From Candidatus Zhuqueibacterota bacterium (lineage in GTDB: Bacteria; Zhuqueibacterota; Zhuqueibacteria; Thermofontimicrobiales; Thermofontimicrobiaceae), in the NCBI GenBank assembly GCA_049322915.1, contig JBMOPW010000011.1, positions 32,001 to 96,000 on the forward strand: a stretch of 64,000 nt of DNA. Reading direction: 5' to 3'. The notes beneath the pieces are model-generated. The model was not told the origin of the DNA and searched no databases. It saw only the letters and a program-made list of their open reading frames with translations. This document shows positions 1 to 9,853 of the stretch, piece by piece; position 1 is the stretch's first letter, and every line of letters starts with the position of its first letter. The translations under genes and the position numbers were made by a program.

Positions 1-2
1 GC

Positions 3-317
3 GTTTCCGAAGAAACCTGGAAAGTCATCACCCCCAGCGATTACAAACTCGCTCAGAACTATCCCAATCCATTTAACCCGATCACGACCATCGAGTACAC
101 CATTCCTCTCGATAAACGCGTCACGGTTAAAATTTACAACATGATGGGACAGGAAGTAAGAACATTGGTCAATGATCAATTCCAACCCCAGGGCACCCAT
201 AAGGTCGTTTGGGACGGCACCAACAATCTTGGCAAAGCCGTCGCTACCGGCACCTATATGTACAGCCTTGAAGTCGGCAATGTCAAGCAGACCAAACGGA
301 TGACATTGGTTAAATAA
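3..317 (+). CDS. C-terminal fragment of a secreted protein with FlgD-Ig/T9SS type A-like sorting tail (5' truncated by window edge)
   Basis: Frame 3 reads ...YKLAQNYPNPFNPITTIEY...WDGTNNLGKAVATGTYMYSLEVGNVKQTKRMTLVK, stop TAA at 315-317. Confidence 0.85.
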   Translation, partial: VSEETWKVITPSDYKLAQNYPNPFNPITTIEYTIPLDKRVTVKIYNMMGQEVRTLVNDQFQPQGTHKVVWDGTNNLGKAVATGTYMYSLEVGNVKQTKRMTLVK

Positions 318-333
318 TCTCTGCTGATTTTCA

Positions 334-369
334 GAAAAACCCCGCTCCAATTTTTGGGCGGGGTTTTTC
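334..369. terminator. Intrinsic terminator, probably bidirectional
   Basis: GAAAAACCCCGCTCC-AATTTTT-GGGCGGGGTTTTTC hairpin with A and T tracts, 17 nt after the stop. Confidence 0.85.
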
Positions 370-440
370 ATTTTAATGCATTCACAGCATTCTTTGAGTT
401 GCAATACTTGATGACACTCCCCCAGCTTACAGGAGAGAAA

Positions 441-1175
441 ATGTTCACCATCTCTTTCACCCACTCAATTTCGTTCCGGCGTTTTTTCAGCCGAATCCAG
501 TTGTGGATTGTCCTGACAGCGCTGCTGCCCGGCTGCCATACTGGCGCTGACATTTACCCGGAGCATCTGTTGGCGCATCGCGCCAAACGCATCGCCCAAT
601 TCAAACAGGAAAATGCCCATCTCTCAGCGCCGAAGACCATCATCCTTTTAGGCGACTCCATCACCGAGGGGTTCGATGCAGCGCGCTATTTTCCATCGCT
701 GCCCATTTTGAATCGGGGCATTGTGGCCGACCACACCGGCATCGAGGGCTCAGGCGTGCTGCAGCGGCTGGACGAATCGATTTACCAATGTCGGCCGCGC
801 GCTGTTTTTCTGATGATTGGCGTCAACGATCTCGCGGACAAGAAGTATCGTCCCCGGCAGATTGCCGCCGGCGCCGAGAAAATCATTCAAAAAATCCACC
901 GCTTCGATCCATCCATCGCAGTCTATTTGCAGTCCGCTCTGCCGGCGACAGGGAAATACGCCCATCTCAATTCCCTCATTGTGGAATACAACCGGCGCCT
1001 GATCCTCATCGCCGCTGAGACGCACGTCGAGTTCATCGACCTCCACGCTCAATTCGTCGACGATTCCGGCCAATTGAAAGCTGAATACTCCCGCGATGGC
1101 ATTCATCTGACCGACGCCGGGTACGACGCCTGGAAGCAGATCGTCCTGCCCCTTTTGCAGCAAGTCCTTCAGTAA
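441..1175 (+). CDS. SGNH/GDSL-family hydrolase, possible lipoprotein
   Basis: Blocks LGDSIT, NRGI, IGVND, DGIHL; LLPGC lipobox-like motif; ATG 441 preceded by AGGAGA (ORF track start 354 lies inside the terminator). Confidence 0.9.
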   Translation: MFTISFTHSISFRRFFSRIQLWIVLTALLPGCHTGADIYPEHLLAHRAKRIAQFKQENAHLSAPKTIILLGDSITEGFDAARYFPSLPILNRGIVADHTGIEGSGVLQRLDESIYQCRPRAVFLMIGVNDLADKKYRPRQIAAGAEKIIQKIHRFDPSIAVYLQSALPATGKYAHLNSLIVEYNRRLILIAAETHVEFIDLHAQFVDDSGQLKAEYSRDGIHLTDAGYDAWKQIVLPLLQQVLQ

Positions 1176-1431
1176 ATTAGCCCCCTGACCTGGTTGCGCG
1201 CGGCAATCGAACGAACGGACATGCTTTTTATTCACCGCCCTTGTCATCTGAACCGCGGATACTATTTCCCTCCGGACTCAGACTCGCGCGGTAGCCCTGC
1301 TTTGCGTCCCTTCCTCGTATCCTCTTCTGCCACACAGACCGCACCGAACCGTCGGCGCGCCTTTTTCCAGCCTGAAAAATTCCTGAATTTTCGCTTGAAA
1401 TTTTCGATTATATTGATTACCTTGTCATCTT

Positions 1432-1450
1432 GATAATAATTATCATTATT
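1432..1450 (+). promoter_or_regulatory. Fur box upstream of fur
   Basis: GATAATAATTATCATTATT matches 16/19 of the classical GATAATGATAATCATTATC; lies just downstream of a TTGAAA(1395)-17-TACCTT(1418) promoter candidate. Confidence 0.8.
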
Positions 1451-1469
1451 ATTATTGATGGGAATCGCC

Positions 1470-1910
1470 ATGGTCATCAGTCTCAGGGATCAATACAGGA
1501 ATCACATTCGCGCCAATAATTTAAAATCGTCCAAGCGACGGGACCTGATATTCGAATATATTATGAACATGTCCGAACATTTCACCATCGACAGCCTGTA
1601 TTCAGCCATGTTCAGGACAAGCCCGGATATTGGCATTGCCACGGTGTACCGCACCATTCGGCTGCTGGTTGATTGCGGGATTCTTCTGGAACATTCGTTC
1701 GGTGAGAAAAAAGGATACTATGAAGTGAACCGCGTTCAATCCCGGAGCCACGGACACCTGATCTGCCGCATGTGCGGGAAAATTTCGGAATTTCAGAACG
1801 ATGATATTGTGGAATTTCAGAAGGCCATCTCGGCGCAGCAGGATTTTAAAACCGATTTTTTCAGGCTGGAAATTTATGGAATATGTCACGACTGTCGAAA
1901 ACAAAGATAG
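1470..1910 (+). CDS. fur: Fur-family transcriptional repressor
   Basis: HFTIDSLY, IGIATVYRTIRLL, HGHLICRMCG and C-terminal CHDC; start could be 1458 or 1470. Confidence 0.92.
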   Translation: MVISLRDQYRNHIRANNLKSSKRRDLIFEYIMNMSEHFTIDSLYSAMFRTSPDIGIATVYRTIRLLVDCGILLEHSFGEKKGYYEVNRVQSRSHGHLICRMCGKISEFQNDDIVEFQKAISAQQDFKTDFFRLEIYGICHDCRKQR

Positions 1911-2002
1911 AGTTCGAACGAAATCTCAGCGATAATGACTTGCTCCGGGTTGTATAAATTGACGCTATCCCCTAATATAGACAAGCCGGAACTAAAAAAG
2001 AA

Positions 2003-2106
2003 ATAGAACGCTGATGACGCGGATGACGCTGATGTTCAAGGATTCTTAATCAGTGTAAAAGCGCCGCCACCTTTTTGGTGTATCATCAGCGTCATCAGTG
2101 TTCTAT
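2003..2106. repeat. Long inverted repeat built from 9-bp GC(T/G)GATGAC units, MITE/REP-like
   Basis: ATAGAACGCTGATGACGCGGATGA (2003-2026) pairs with TCATCAGCGTCATCAGTGTTCTAT (2083-2106) at 22/24 positions. Confidence 0.7.
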
Positions 2107-2195
2107 AAAATTTTCTGCCAAAAAAAGTCTGAAAATTATGCGTAAGATAGTAAATTGAAAATTAAGTTACTTGAACGTTACGAAAAATCAAAGCT

Positions 2196-4163
2196 ATGGA
2201 TAAACACGTGGAAATCGAGTCAATCCCTTTTCATGAAAATGTCATTCTGCTGGTTGGAAATCCCAATGTCGGTAAAACGACCATCTTCAATCAGTTTGCC
2301 AGCAAATATGCGATAACGGCGAACTACCCATACACCACGGTGGAGGTGAATAAAGACAGAGTACGCATCGAAGGCAAGGAGTTTGTGCTCATCGACACGG
2401 CAGGCATCTATCGATTGGACCATCCATCCGAAGAGGGGCAGGTCACTCGAGATTTGATGTTCCTCTACCATCCTGAAATTATCATTCAGGTGATTGAAGC
2501 GGCCAATCTGGAAGGCTCGCTGACGCTGACCGCCCAGCTTTTGGATCTGAAAATTCCGATGATACTCGTGCTCAATATGTACGATGAATTGGTCCGGCAG
2601 GGATTGCGCGTGAATGCCAAAGCGTTGTCGGAACAATTGGGAGTGCCGGTGGTGGAAGCGGTGGCCATCGAAGGCGAAGGGATCGATCGGATCAAAAAGG
2701 CAATTCGCTCGCTCAAACCGCCGGAGCCGAGCTTGAAATACCCCCGCATCATCGAGAATTTCATGAACGATATCCTCAACCTGTTCCCCATAAAAAATAG
2801 GCCGGCCCGGCCTATCATCGCGCTTCTCGCGCTGGACGACCCGTTCGCCTCGCGCTGGATTTACGATAACTATGGGCCGGACATTGCTCAAAAAGCCGAG
2901 GCTGCTAAATCCCAGTTCGTCGATAAAAATATCGTCAATTTATCCATCAGTATCATGAATTCGCAAAACGCCTGGATCAACTCGGTCGTGGAGCGCGTGG
3001 TGACCCGGAAAGGCGAACTGACTAAATTCGGCATTCAGAAATTTGGCCAGTGGTCGCGGCATCCGGTGTACGGTTGGTTCATTGGCCTGGGCATGATCAT
3101 CATGACCTATCTCATCGTCGGAAAATTTGGCGCGTCATTTCTGGTCAGCAGTTTTGACCACTATCTCATCGCGCCCATCATCAGATTTCTGGATGGACTG
3201 ATTCAGAATCCCCTGCTGAATCGATTTCTCATCGGCGATTATGGCCTGCTGACGACTGGCTTGTTCAACGCTGTGGTCACGGTGCTGCCGATCATCACCC
3301 TGTTCTTTTTAGTACTCAATCTGCTGGAGGATGTGGGGTATCTGACCAATCTCCTCATTCTGACCAATCGCGTTTTCAAAAAAGTGGGACTGTCCGGAAA
3401 ATCGATTTTGCCGATTGTGTTGGGCTTCGGCTGCAAGACAATGGCGACGCTATCCACGAAAATTCTCGATTCCAAAAAAGAGAAATACATTGCCATTTTC
3501 CTCATCGGGTTGGCCATTCCCTGCTCCAGCCAGATGAGCGTGAGCATCGGCGTCCTTTCCACGCAGCCACTGGCCTCGTTCGTCATCGTCATTGCCACGC
3601 TGGCTGTGATTGAACTTTTCGCCGGCGTGGTTCTCAATAAAATCATCCCGCAATCGGGCCACTCGGATTTCATCATGGAGATCCCACCGATTCGCCTGCC
3701 GGATCTGCGCCTGCTGCTGAAGAAAACCTATTACCGTTCCCTCTGGTTTTTGAAAGAGGCGGTGCCGCTGTTCCTTCTGGGAGCGCTGGTTCTGTTCGTC
3801 CTGAACGAGACGTCCGGCATGAAAATGCTGGAATGGGTGATGCGCCCGGTGGTTGTCTCCCTGCTTCATCTGCCAATCGAGTTCACCGAGGCCCTGGTCA
3901 TGAGCTTCGCCCGCTCCGAGGCAGGCGCTGCACTGGTGTTGGCCATGGTGAAAAAGAGCGCCCTCACCCAGATTCAGGCCATTGTCTCCATCATCGTCCT
4001 CACCCTGTTCGTCCCGTGCATTTCCAACGTGATGGCCATGGTCAAAGAATTGGGCATGAAAAAAGCGCTGCTCATGGTGTTCGTCATCACGATCACGTCA
4101 TTCCTCGTCGGTGCGGCTGCTAATTTAATTCTGGAACATGTTAACTACGGAGGTTCTTTCTAA
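2196..4163 (+). CDS. feoB: Ferrous iron transporter FeoB
   Basis: G motifs GNPNVGKT, NYPYTTV, DTAG, NMYD; gate motifs LGFGC, IPCS, FIMEIPP, LFVPC; multi-TM C-half. Confidence 0.95.
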   Translation: MDKHVEIESIPFHENVILLVGNPNVGKTTIFNQFASKYAITANYPYTTVEVNKDRVRIEGKEFVLIDTAGIYRLDHPSEEGQVTRDLMFLYHPEIIIQVIEAANLEGSLTLTAQLLDLKIPMILVLNMYDELVRQGLRVNAKALSEQLGVPVVEAVAIEGEGIDRIKKAIRSLKPPEPSLKYPRIIENFMNDILNLFPIKNRPARPIIALLALDDPFASRWIYDNYGPDIAQKAEAAKSQFVDKNIVNLSISIMNSQNAWINSVVERVVTRKGELTKFGIQKFGQWSRHPVYGWFIGLGMIIMTYLIVGKFGASFLVSSFDHYLIAPIIRFLDGLIQNPLLNRFLIGDYGLLTTGLFNAVVTVLPIITLFFLVLNLLEDVGYLTNLLILTNRVFKKVGLSGKSILPIVLGFGCKTMATLSTKILDSKKEKYIAIFLIGLAIPCSSQMSVSIGVLSTQPLASFVIVIATLAVIELFAGVVLNKIIPQSGHSDFIMEIPPIRLPDLRLLLKKTYYRSLWFLKEAVPLFLLGALVLFVLNETSGMKMLEWVMRPVVVSLLHLPIEFTEALVMSFARSEAGAALVLAMVKKSALTQIQAIVSIIVLTLFVPCISNVMAMVKELGMKKALLMVFVITITSFLVGAAANLILEHVNYGGSF

Positions 4164-4900
4164 TGCATCATTTCAATCACGGCCATCACAAACACCATCG
4201 TTTTTTTCAACAGCGACGACACAAAGAACTGGAAGAATACCTGGAAATTCTCTGGTATATTCAGGAGCGACACGGCGCCAACATGAAGGAAATTCTGGTT
4301 CACGTCAATAGCGACTGGGACCCGTCCATCATTGAGGTGCTGAAGCAGCAGGGTTTCATCGAGGAGACAGAGAGCGAGATCAAATTCACGCAGAAAGGGC
4401 ACGACACCGCGCGGCTGCTGGTTCGATCCCATCGATTGGCCGAGCGGCTATTGACGGATGTGCTGGGAATGAATATCGATCGCGCCGAAACCGGCGCGTG
4501 CGAGTTCGAGCATTTCGTGGTGCCGGAAATTGTGGACAGCATCTGCACGCTGCTGGGTCACCCCAAAGTATGTCCCCATGGCATGCCAATTCCTCCCGGC
4601 GCCTGCTGCCAGGAAGCCAAACACTCCATTGAATCGCCGGCCAGGTCCATTACCGAAATGGAGTCCGGGCAAAAGGGGCGCGTTGCCTACATCAACACCC
4701 GATCCAATTCCCGAATGCACCAGTTGACTCAATTGGGCATCAAGCCGGGAGCGCAGATTTGGGTGCATCAAAAATACCCAACGTTTGTGCTGCGCATCGA
4801 CAACACGCAAATCGCTCTGGACGAGAAAGTCGCGCAGGATATTTTGGTCTGGGAACAAGCCAATGGCGGTGAATCCGATGAGTTGTTATCCGAGGAATGA
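4163..4900 (+). CDS. DtxR/MntR-family metal-dependent regulator with C-terminal FeoA/SH3 domain
   Basis: EEYLEILW, HRLAERLLTDVLG, ACEFEH, LGHPKVCPHG; C-terminal LTQLGIKPG...IALDEKVA is FeoA-like; TAATG overlap with feoB. Confidence 0.9.
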   Translation: MHHFNHGHHKHHRFFQQRRHKELEEYLEILWYIQERHGANMKEILVHVNSDWDPSIIEVLKQQGFIEETESEIKFTQKGHDTARLLVRSHRLAERLLTDVLGMNIDRAETGACEFEHFVVPEIVDSICTLLGHPKVCPHGMPIPPGACCQEAKHSIESPARSITEMESGQKGRVAYINTRSNSRMHQLTQLGIKPGAQIWVHQKYPTFVLRIDNTQIALDEKVAQDILVWEQANGGESDELLSEE

Positions 4901-5069
4901 ACTCACAACAGGAAGAATGCCGCTGCACCTGACTGCCTGAGCGCAGCGCCCACGGGGTCACGGCGGCGGCGATCCGGTTTTCCAGCTATCTTGTGAAAAA
5001 AAGCATTGCCCGGTCTGGTTTGATGACACCATTCAGCGCGTTGGGAATTTGCGCCGGTTTTCACTCCCA

Positions 5070-7895
5070 TCAAATGACTTTGACAACCACCACAGTCTGG
5101 TCGTCATGCTGGCTCATGTCTATTGTGAAATCCTTCACAGCGTTGATGACGCTGTCGCGAATGGCCAGCGCGCTTTCGGCGTTGCATCCTTTGAGCACAT
5201 CGGCCAGTTTCTCTTCGCCAAATTGAATTCTGTCCCTGCTCTGAGCTTCGGTAATGCCATCCGTCACAAATAAAAAGATATCGCCCACATCGTAGGTAAT
5301 AACCTTTTCTTCGATTTCTGAGCTGAAGATTTTTTCGCTGTCCAGACCCAGGCCCAATCCGCGGGGCGTGATGATCTGCACCGTCTCTGTGCCGGCGTGG
5401 TAATAGAACAGAGGTTGATGCCCGGCCCGGGCCAGCACAACCCGCCTCTTTTGCGTTTCGAACAATCCACTGATAGCCGTTACGAACGATTGTTTGTCCA
5501 GATCGCGGTACAGGATTTGATTGGCGCGGATGAACAGCTCGCGCGGCTTCAATCCAAATCCGAATAACGAACGAAGTATGCCCTGAATTTTGAAAAGGTA
5601 CAGCGCCGCGGATGTGCCTTTGCCGCTCACATCGCCCACAATGACATTGACCGAGTGCGGCTCGCCATTGAGATAATCGAAATAATCGCCGCCCACTTCT
5701 GTCGCGGGAATGGATGTGCCGGAAATTTCCAGGCCTTCGATGATTGGGGTGTGCTGCGGAAGCGACGCCAGTTGAATGCGCCGCGCAATCATCAATTCAT
5801 GTTTGAGCCGCTCCTGTTCCGTGATCTCCTCGTGCAGAAACGCATTTTCAATGGCGACCGATGACTGTTTCGCCACCGCCGTGAAGAACGTCAAATCATC
5901 GGCGTGCGTCGGGGCTTCGGACAATTTCTCTCCAATCAGCAGCGTGCCCACAAGGCGATCCTTGAACCAGATGGGAATGATGTGCTGAAAGCCGCATTGC
6001 TCGAAATAGGACTTGAGATCCGGCGGCAAATAATCCACGCTGAAACGGGAGTCAGTCCGAAGCTTTCGCAGCACGCGAACAAACGCCTGCCGGACATCCA
6101 GATTGAATTCCTGGGATTCCATGCCATCGAAACGGTACGCCGCCTGATAGCAGCATGTCTCTTCATCTCTGAAAAATACAATGCCGGTCGATTTGAGCTG
6201 CAACAATTCCGTCAGTTTCTGGGCAATGCCCCGGGCGAGATCCATGATGGTTAATTTGGTCGCCATCACCTCGGCCAGGGCATTGGCTGACTTGCCATAA
6301 TCGAATTGCAGCCGGTAATATTTCTTATCGATGATCGTCTGTCCCCAGCGCCGGATCTTCCAGAATAAAAGAGTGAAACCGATGGCGAGGCCCATCACCA
6401 GAATTTTTTCGATGAAATCCTGCTGGCCGGGACTCAGCGGCTCATCGATGATTTCGAACGACGTAATGGTCAGGCGAATATTGGGGATACGAAAGGCGAG
6501 CTTCGGCAGTTGACTGAGAAGCCGAATGAACAGCGCCAGGAGCAGCAGGAGCCAGGCGGACGAAATGATGGTGTGTTGCACATTTTTCCGAATGCTGAGT
6601 TTCAGATCGAGGAGTTTATAACGGCCGATCGTGTAAATATAGGCCAGGGGAACAAGGCAATACAGCAGCACCCAATGGGCAGCGACCTCGTAATTTGTAT
6701 CCACGCCGGTCAGCAGAAGGATAACCATATTGGGCAGCGTCAGGCCGTAGATGGTCAGCGCGATGATCCGACTGAGCCGCTTCAATTCAGCGGCGCGCTG
6801 TTTGCGAAAAATAAAATGAACCGCAAAATTATAGGCAAGCGCCACCAGGAACAGGATGGAAATAGTCTGCTCGTGGATGGTTTTGAAGTGCCTGAAAAAA
6901 TCGATGATCACGTACAGCGAAAATCCGATCGCAGCCACGTAGGGTATCCGCCGAATCCATTTTTTCCCGGCGACATCCTTCCACTCTTTTGGGAAGAAAT
7001 AGGCGCTGTCCAGCCAGAACGCCAGTCCAATGGCGATGGCCATCGTCTGTGTCAAATAGCGCACGATGGCAAAATCATCGAATTCAATTTTAAGCCGACC
7101 GAACGTGAGGGCCAGCGCATACCCACAGATCAACATAGCAAAACTCAGCAACCGGGCTGATTTTTTCGAAGCGCTCACCATGGCGAAGAAGAAAGCCGCC
7201 CCAATCAATGAGGCGCCGGCCAACAATTGCAGCAACACGATGATTGGGAATCCGAAACTGGCCAGGGTCACGTGGAGCGTGATAGTGCGATTTCGGCGGA
7301 TGATATCGTAATTGATGGTTTTGCCGGCGCGGGCGCTGCGCATGATCCTGTCTGCTTCCCAGATGTCATTAAAGGTTCGGCCGTTGATGCGCACAATCAA
7401 ATCGCCAACATGCATGCCGGCCCGCTCCGACGCGCCGCCCGGATTCACTTTTATCACATGCGCCGCCGACGGCAGGACGCGGAAGAAGCTGTCCGGCAGC
7501 GCCGATTTTCTGACCTTCAATTGCTTGATTTCTTTCGGATCGGAACGTAATAAAATAATGGTAAAAAAGGAATCATCCGGCGCGGCATTCAGGCGTTTTA
7601 GCCAGTCATTTGATCGTCCCATCTTCTTTTGGTCGTTGCCCAGTAGATAATCTCCGATCCGAGCGGAGTCGTCACTCGCGGGGGCGAACTTCGGCGCCCT
7701 GCCCCGGAGAGGAAAGAGTTCGCCGGAAAACGGTCGGGTGATATAAAATTGCGACGGCGGCGCAGTGAAAAGATTTTCATCCGTGGGAAGGGTAGCGATT
7801 CGATAGAAATTGTACCCGGCAATATACATGAGGGTTACGGCGATCGCGCTGAACATCAGGCGAAACTGTTTGGGGTGGGTATCGAAATAGGCCAT
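5070..7895 (-). CDS. Membrane sensor phosphatase: PDZ + multi-TM + GAF-like + SpoIIE/RsbU PP2C domain
   Basis: PDZ VNPGGASERAGMHVGDLIVRING; about 9 hydrophobic helices; VAIENAFLHE; PP2C motifs VGGDYFD, GDVSGKG, AGH, TDGITEA, DDQT. Confidence 0.88.
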   Translation of the reverse strand: MAYFDTHPKQFRLMFSAIAVTLMYIAGYNFYRIATLPTDENLFTAPPSQFYITRPFSGELFPLRGRAPKFAPASDDSARIGDYLLGNDQKKMGRSNDWLKRLNAAPDDSFFTIILLRSDPKEIKQLKVRKSALPDSFFRVLPSAAHVIKVNPGGASERAGMHVGDLIVRINGRTFNDIWEADRIMRSARAGKTINYDIIRRNRTITLHVTLASFGFPIIVLLQLLAGASLIGAAFFFAMVSASKKSARLLSFAMLICGYALALTFGRLKIEFDDFAIVRYLTQTMAIAIGLAFWLDSAYFFPKEWKDVAGKKWIRRIPYVAAIGFSLYVIIDFFRHFKTIHEQTISILFLVALAYNFAVHFIFRKQRAAELKRLSRIIALTIYGLTLPNMVILLLTGVDTNYEVAAHWVLLYCLVPLAYIYTIGRYKLLDLKLSIRKNVQHTIISSAWLLLLLALFIRLLSQLPKLAFRIPNIRLTITSFEIIDEPLSPGQQDFIEKILVMGLAIGFTLLFWKIRRWGQTIIDKKYYRLQFDYGKSANALAEVMATKLTIMDLARGIAQKLTELLQLKSTGIVFFRDEETCCYQAAYRFDGMESQEFNLDVRQAFVRVLRKLRTDSRFSVDYLPPDLKSYFEQCGFQHIIPIWFKDRLVGTLLIGEKLSEAPTHADDLTFFTAVAKQSSVAIENAFLHEEITEQERLKHELMIARRIQLASLPQHTPIIEGLEISGTSIPATEVGGDYFDYLNGEPHSVNVIVGDVSGKGTSAALYLFKIQGILRSLFGFGLKPRELFIRANQILYRDLDKQSFVTAISGLFETQKRRVVLARAGHQPLFYYHAGTETVQIITPRGLGLGLDSEKIFSSEIEEKVITYDVGDIFLFVTDGITEAQSRDRIQFGEEKLADVLKGCNAESALAIRDSVINAVKDFTIDMSQHDDQTVVVVKVI

Positions 7896-8013
7896 GGATC
7901 GTTCTTTCAGGCAACTTCTAAAAATACTCTCTCACAACCGAATTTATACAGGCAGGAATACGGCGCATTTGAGTTCAGGTTTCTGCTTTTATTCCAGCCG
8001 ATGTCTGGCATGC

Positions 8014-8104
8014 AATATAGCGAATCCATTTTGAAAAATCAAGCGCTATTCAGTGGGCGCGGCAATTTCTATCGCTTGACTTTTAAGTATTTTATGTTTA
8101 TATT
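8014..8104. promoter_or_regulatory. Divergent sigma70-type promoters
   Basis: Minus: TTGATT(8042-8037)-17-TATATT(8019-8014). Plus: TTGACT(8076-8081)-17-TATATT(8099-8104). Confidence 0.55.
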
Positions 8105-8297
8105 TTTGTCGCTATTCAGGCATGCATTCTTGCTACCAATTCGCGACGCGACATGAAGATGTCAATCTCATTTTCATTCCCGGGTCGACTCTAAAAAACC
8201 TTAAAAGGCTTTGATACGTTGGTGATGATATCTATTCCACGTCATAAATGACATGGCCATTCGATTGAAAAAGTGAAAAGTCAGATACCTTGAACCG

Positions 8298-8350
8298 CCC
8301 CGACTTTCAAGTCGGGGAAAAATTTGCCTTTGAGTCTTGGGCTTTAGCCC
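8298..8350. repeat. REP-like double palindrome
   Basis: CCCCGACTTTCAAGTCGGGG followed by GGGCTTTAGCCC in an AT-rich intergenic region. Confidence 0.6.
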
Positions 8351-8679
8351 CATTTAAAGTGGACTCATTCTTATAATGTGAAATTCAATTTTATTTTTAA
8401 AACCAAATTCATCTTTTCAGAATCGATAATTTTCGATATAACTTATTCTTGTGTCTTAGCCTGCATTATTCATAGTATTTTTAAAGGAGGCTGGCTAACC
8501 TGAATGTTGCTCTTTTTAGAATAAACGCATAAAAACTGAGTTTCAAAATAGCTTAGCCTTTAGCTAATTGAAAATCTGAATGTTGACTCAAATTCTGAGC
8601 AAGTTCATGAATAATTCAGGTCAGAGATTTAGTGGCTGAATAGCGACATATTTTTCGAAACCAAATACGGAGAGAACCG

Positions 8680-9681
8680 ATGAAACGTTTCGAAGGGCTA
8701 CTGTTAATTCTGGTGTTCATTGCCGCGCAGGCCGCACCGTTGCTGGCGAAACAAAAAACGCTCTACGTGGTCACCCGAAGCACGAAAAAATTCCGAATCG
8801 GCAGTCAGGAATTTCCCTCTGTCGGCCTGTTTTCGACAACGAACGATGGGAAAACGTGGAAGCATTACGGTTGGGATTACACCAAATGTTTTTCCGTATC
8901 CATGACCCGACTGGCTGGCAGGCACCTGATGTACCTGTCCTGCGGCAATGGCGTTCAGAAATCAGTTGACGACGGAAAGACCTGGTCAATCACCACCGGG
9001 GCGGCCATGACCGAATGCCTGAAAACTGCCATCGATCCAAAACACCAGGAGACTGTCTACGCTGCCACGGCCTATGGCATTTACAAAACCGAAGACGGCG
9101 GGAAGACATGGCAGGAGAAAAATCTGGGACTCACCAGTACATTCACTCCGACGGTATTGCTGGATCAAAATCAATCGGGCATGCTGTACTGCGCCACCGA
9201 GGCTGGCATTCATCGCAGCGCAAACGGCGGCGACATCTGGGAGCCCATCGGGCTCATCGGTCTTGGCATTCGGACATTGATTCAACATCCTTCCAACCAT
9301 GACATTTTCATCGCCGGCACGGAGAACGACGGGGTATTCGTTTCAACGGATCACGGCCGGACCTGGGTTCAAAAATCAGGCGGAATGACGCACACGACAA
9401 TTTACGCGCTGACAGTGGATCCAAAGGACGCGCTGGTCATTTACGCCGGGACGTTCCGCGGCGGTATTTTCAAGACGGAGGATGGCGGAGCATCGTGGCG
9501 GGCGATCAATCAGGATTTAACCAACATGGACATCCACGCGCTGGCCATTGATCCGGAAAATAGCAACAAGGTGTACGCCGGCACCCTGAATGACGGCATC
9601 TGGCTCAGCGAAAACGCCGGGCAAAGCTGGCGCTTCATCGGTCTGGAGACCAGCCAGGTGTGGGACATGCTGTTCGAGTGA
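8680..9681 (+). CDS. Secreted BNR/Asp-box beta-propeller protein (YCF48/VPS10-like)
   Basis: Signal peptide; repeated S/T-x-D/N-x-G-x-T/S-W motifs (TNDGKTW, SVDDGKTW, TEDGGKTW, STDHGRTW, TEDGGASW, SENAGQSW). Confidence 0.85.
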   Translation: MKRFEGLLLILVFIAAQAAPLLAKQKTLYVVTRSTKKFRIGSQEFPSVGLFSTTNDGKTWKHYGWDYTKCFSVSMTRLAGRHLMYLSCGNGVQKSVDDGKTWSITTGAAMTECLKTAIDPKHQETVYAATAYGIYKTEDGGKTWQEKNLGLTSTFTPTVLLDQNQSGMLYCATEAGIHRSANGGDIWEPIGLIGLGIRTLIQHPSNHDIFIAGTENDGVFVSTDHGRTWVQKSGGMTHTTIYALTVDPKDALVIYAGTFRGGIFKTEDGGASWRAINQDLTNMDIHALAIDPENSNKVYAGTLNDGIWLSENAGQSWRFIGLETSQVWDMLFE

Positions 9682-9853
9682 TTCGGGCAGAACCGGCGTC
9701 CGGTCCTGAATTTCCAGGCGCGGCAGCATTGATGCGGAGCGCTATCTACCATGGTCTGCTCCATCCCTGTCCTGACGCGCGTGCAAATCTGACCGGCTTT
9801 TTCCATCAATTCATCAATCGAAAGAATATTTCCTTTCATGGAAGGGTATCATT

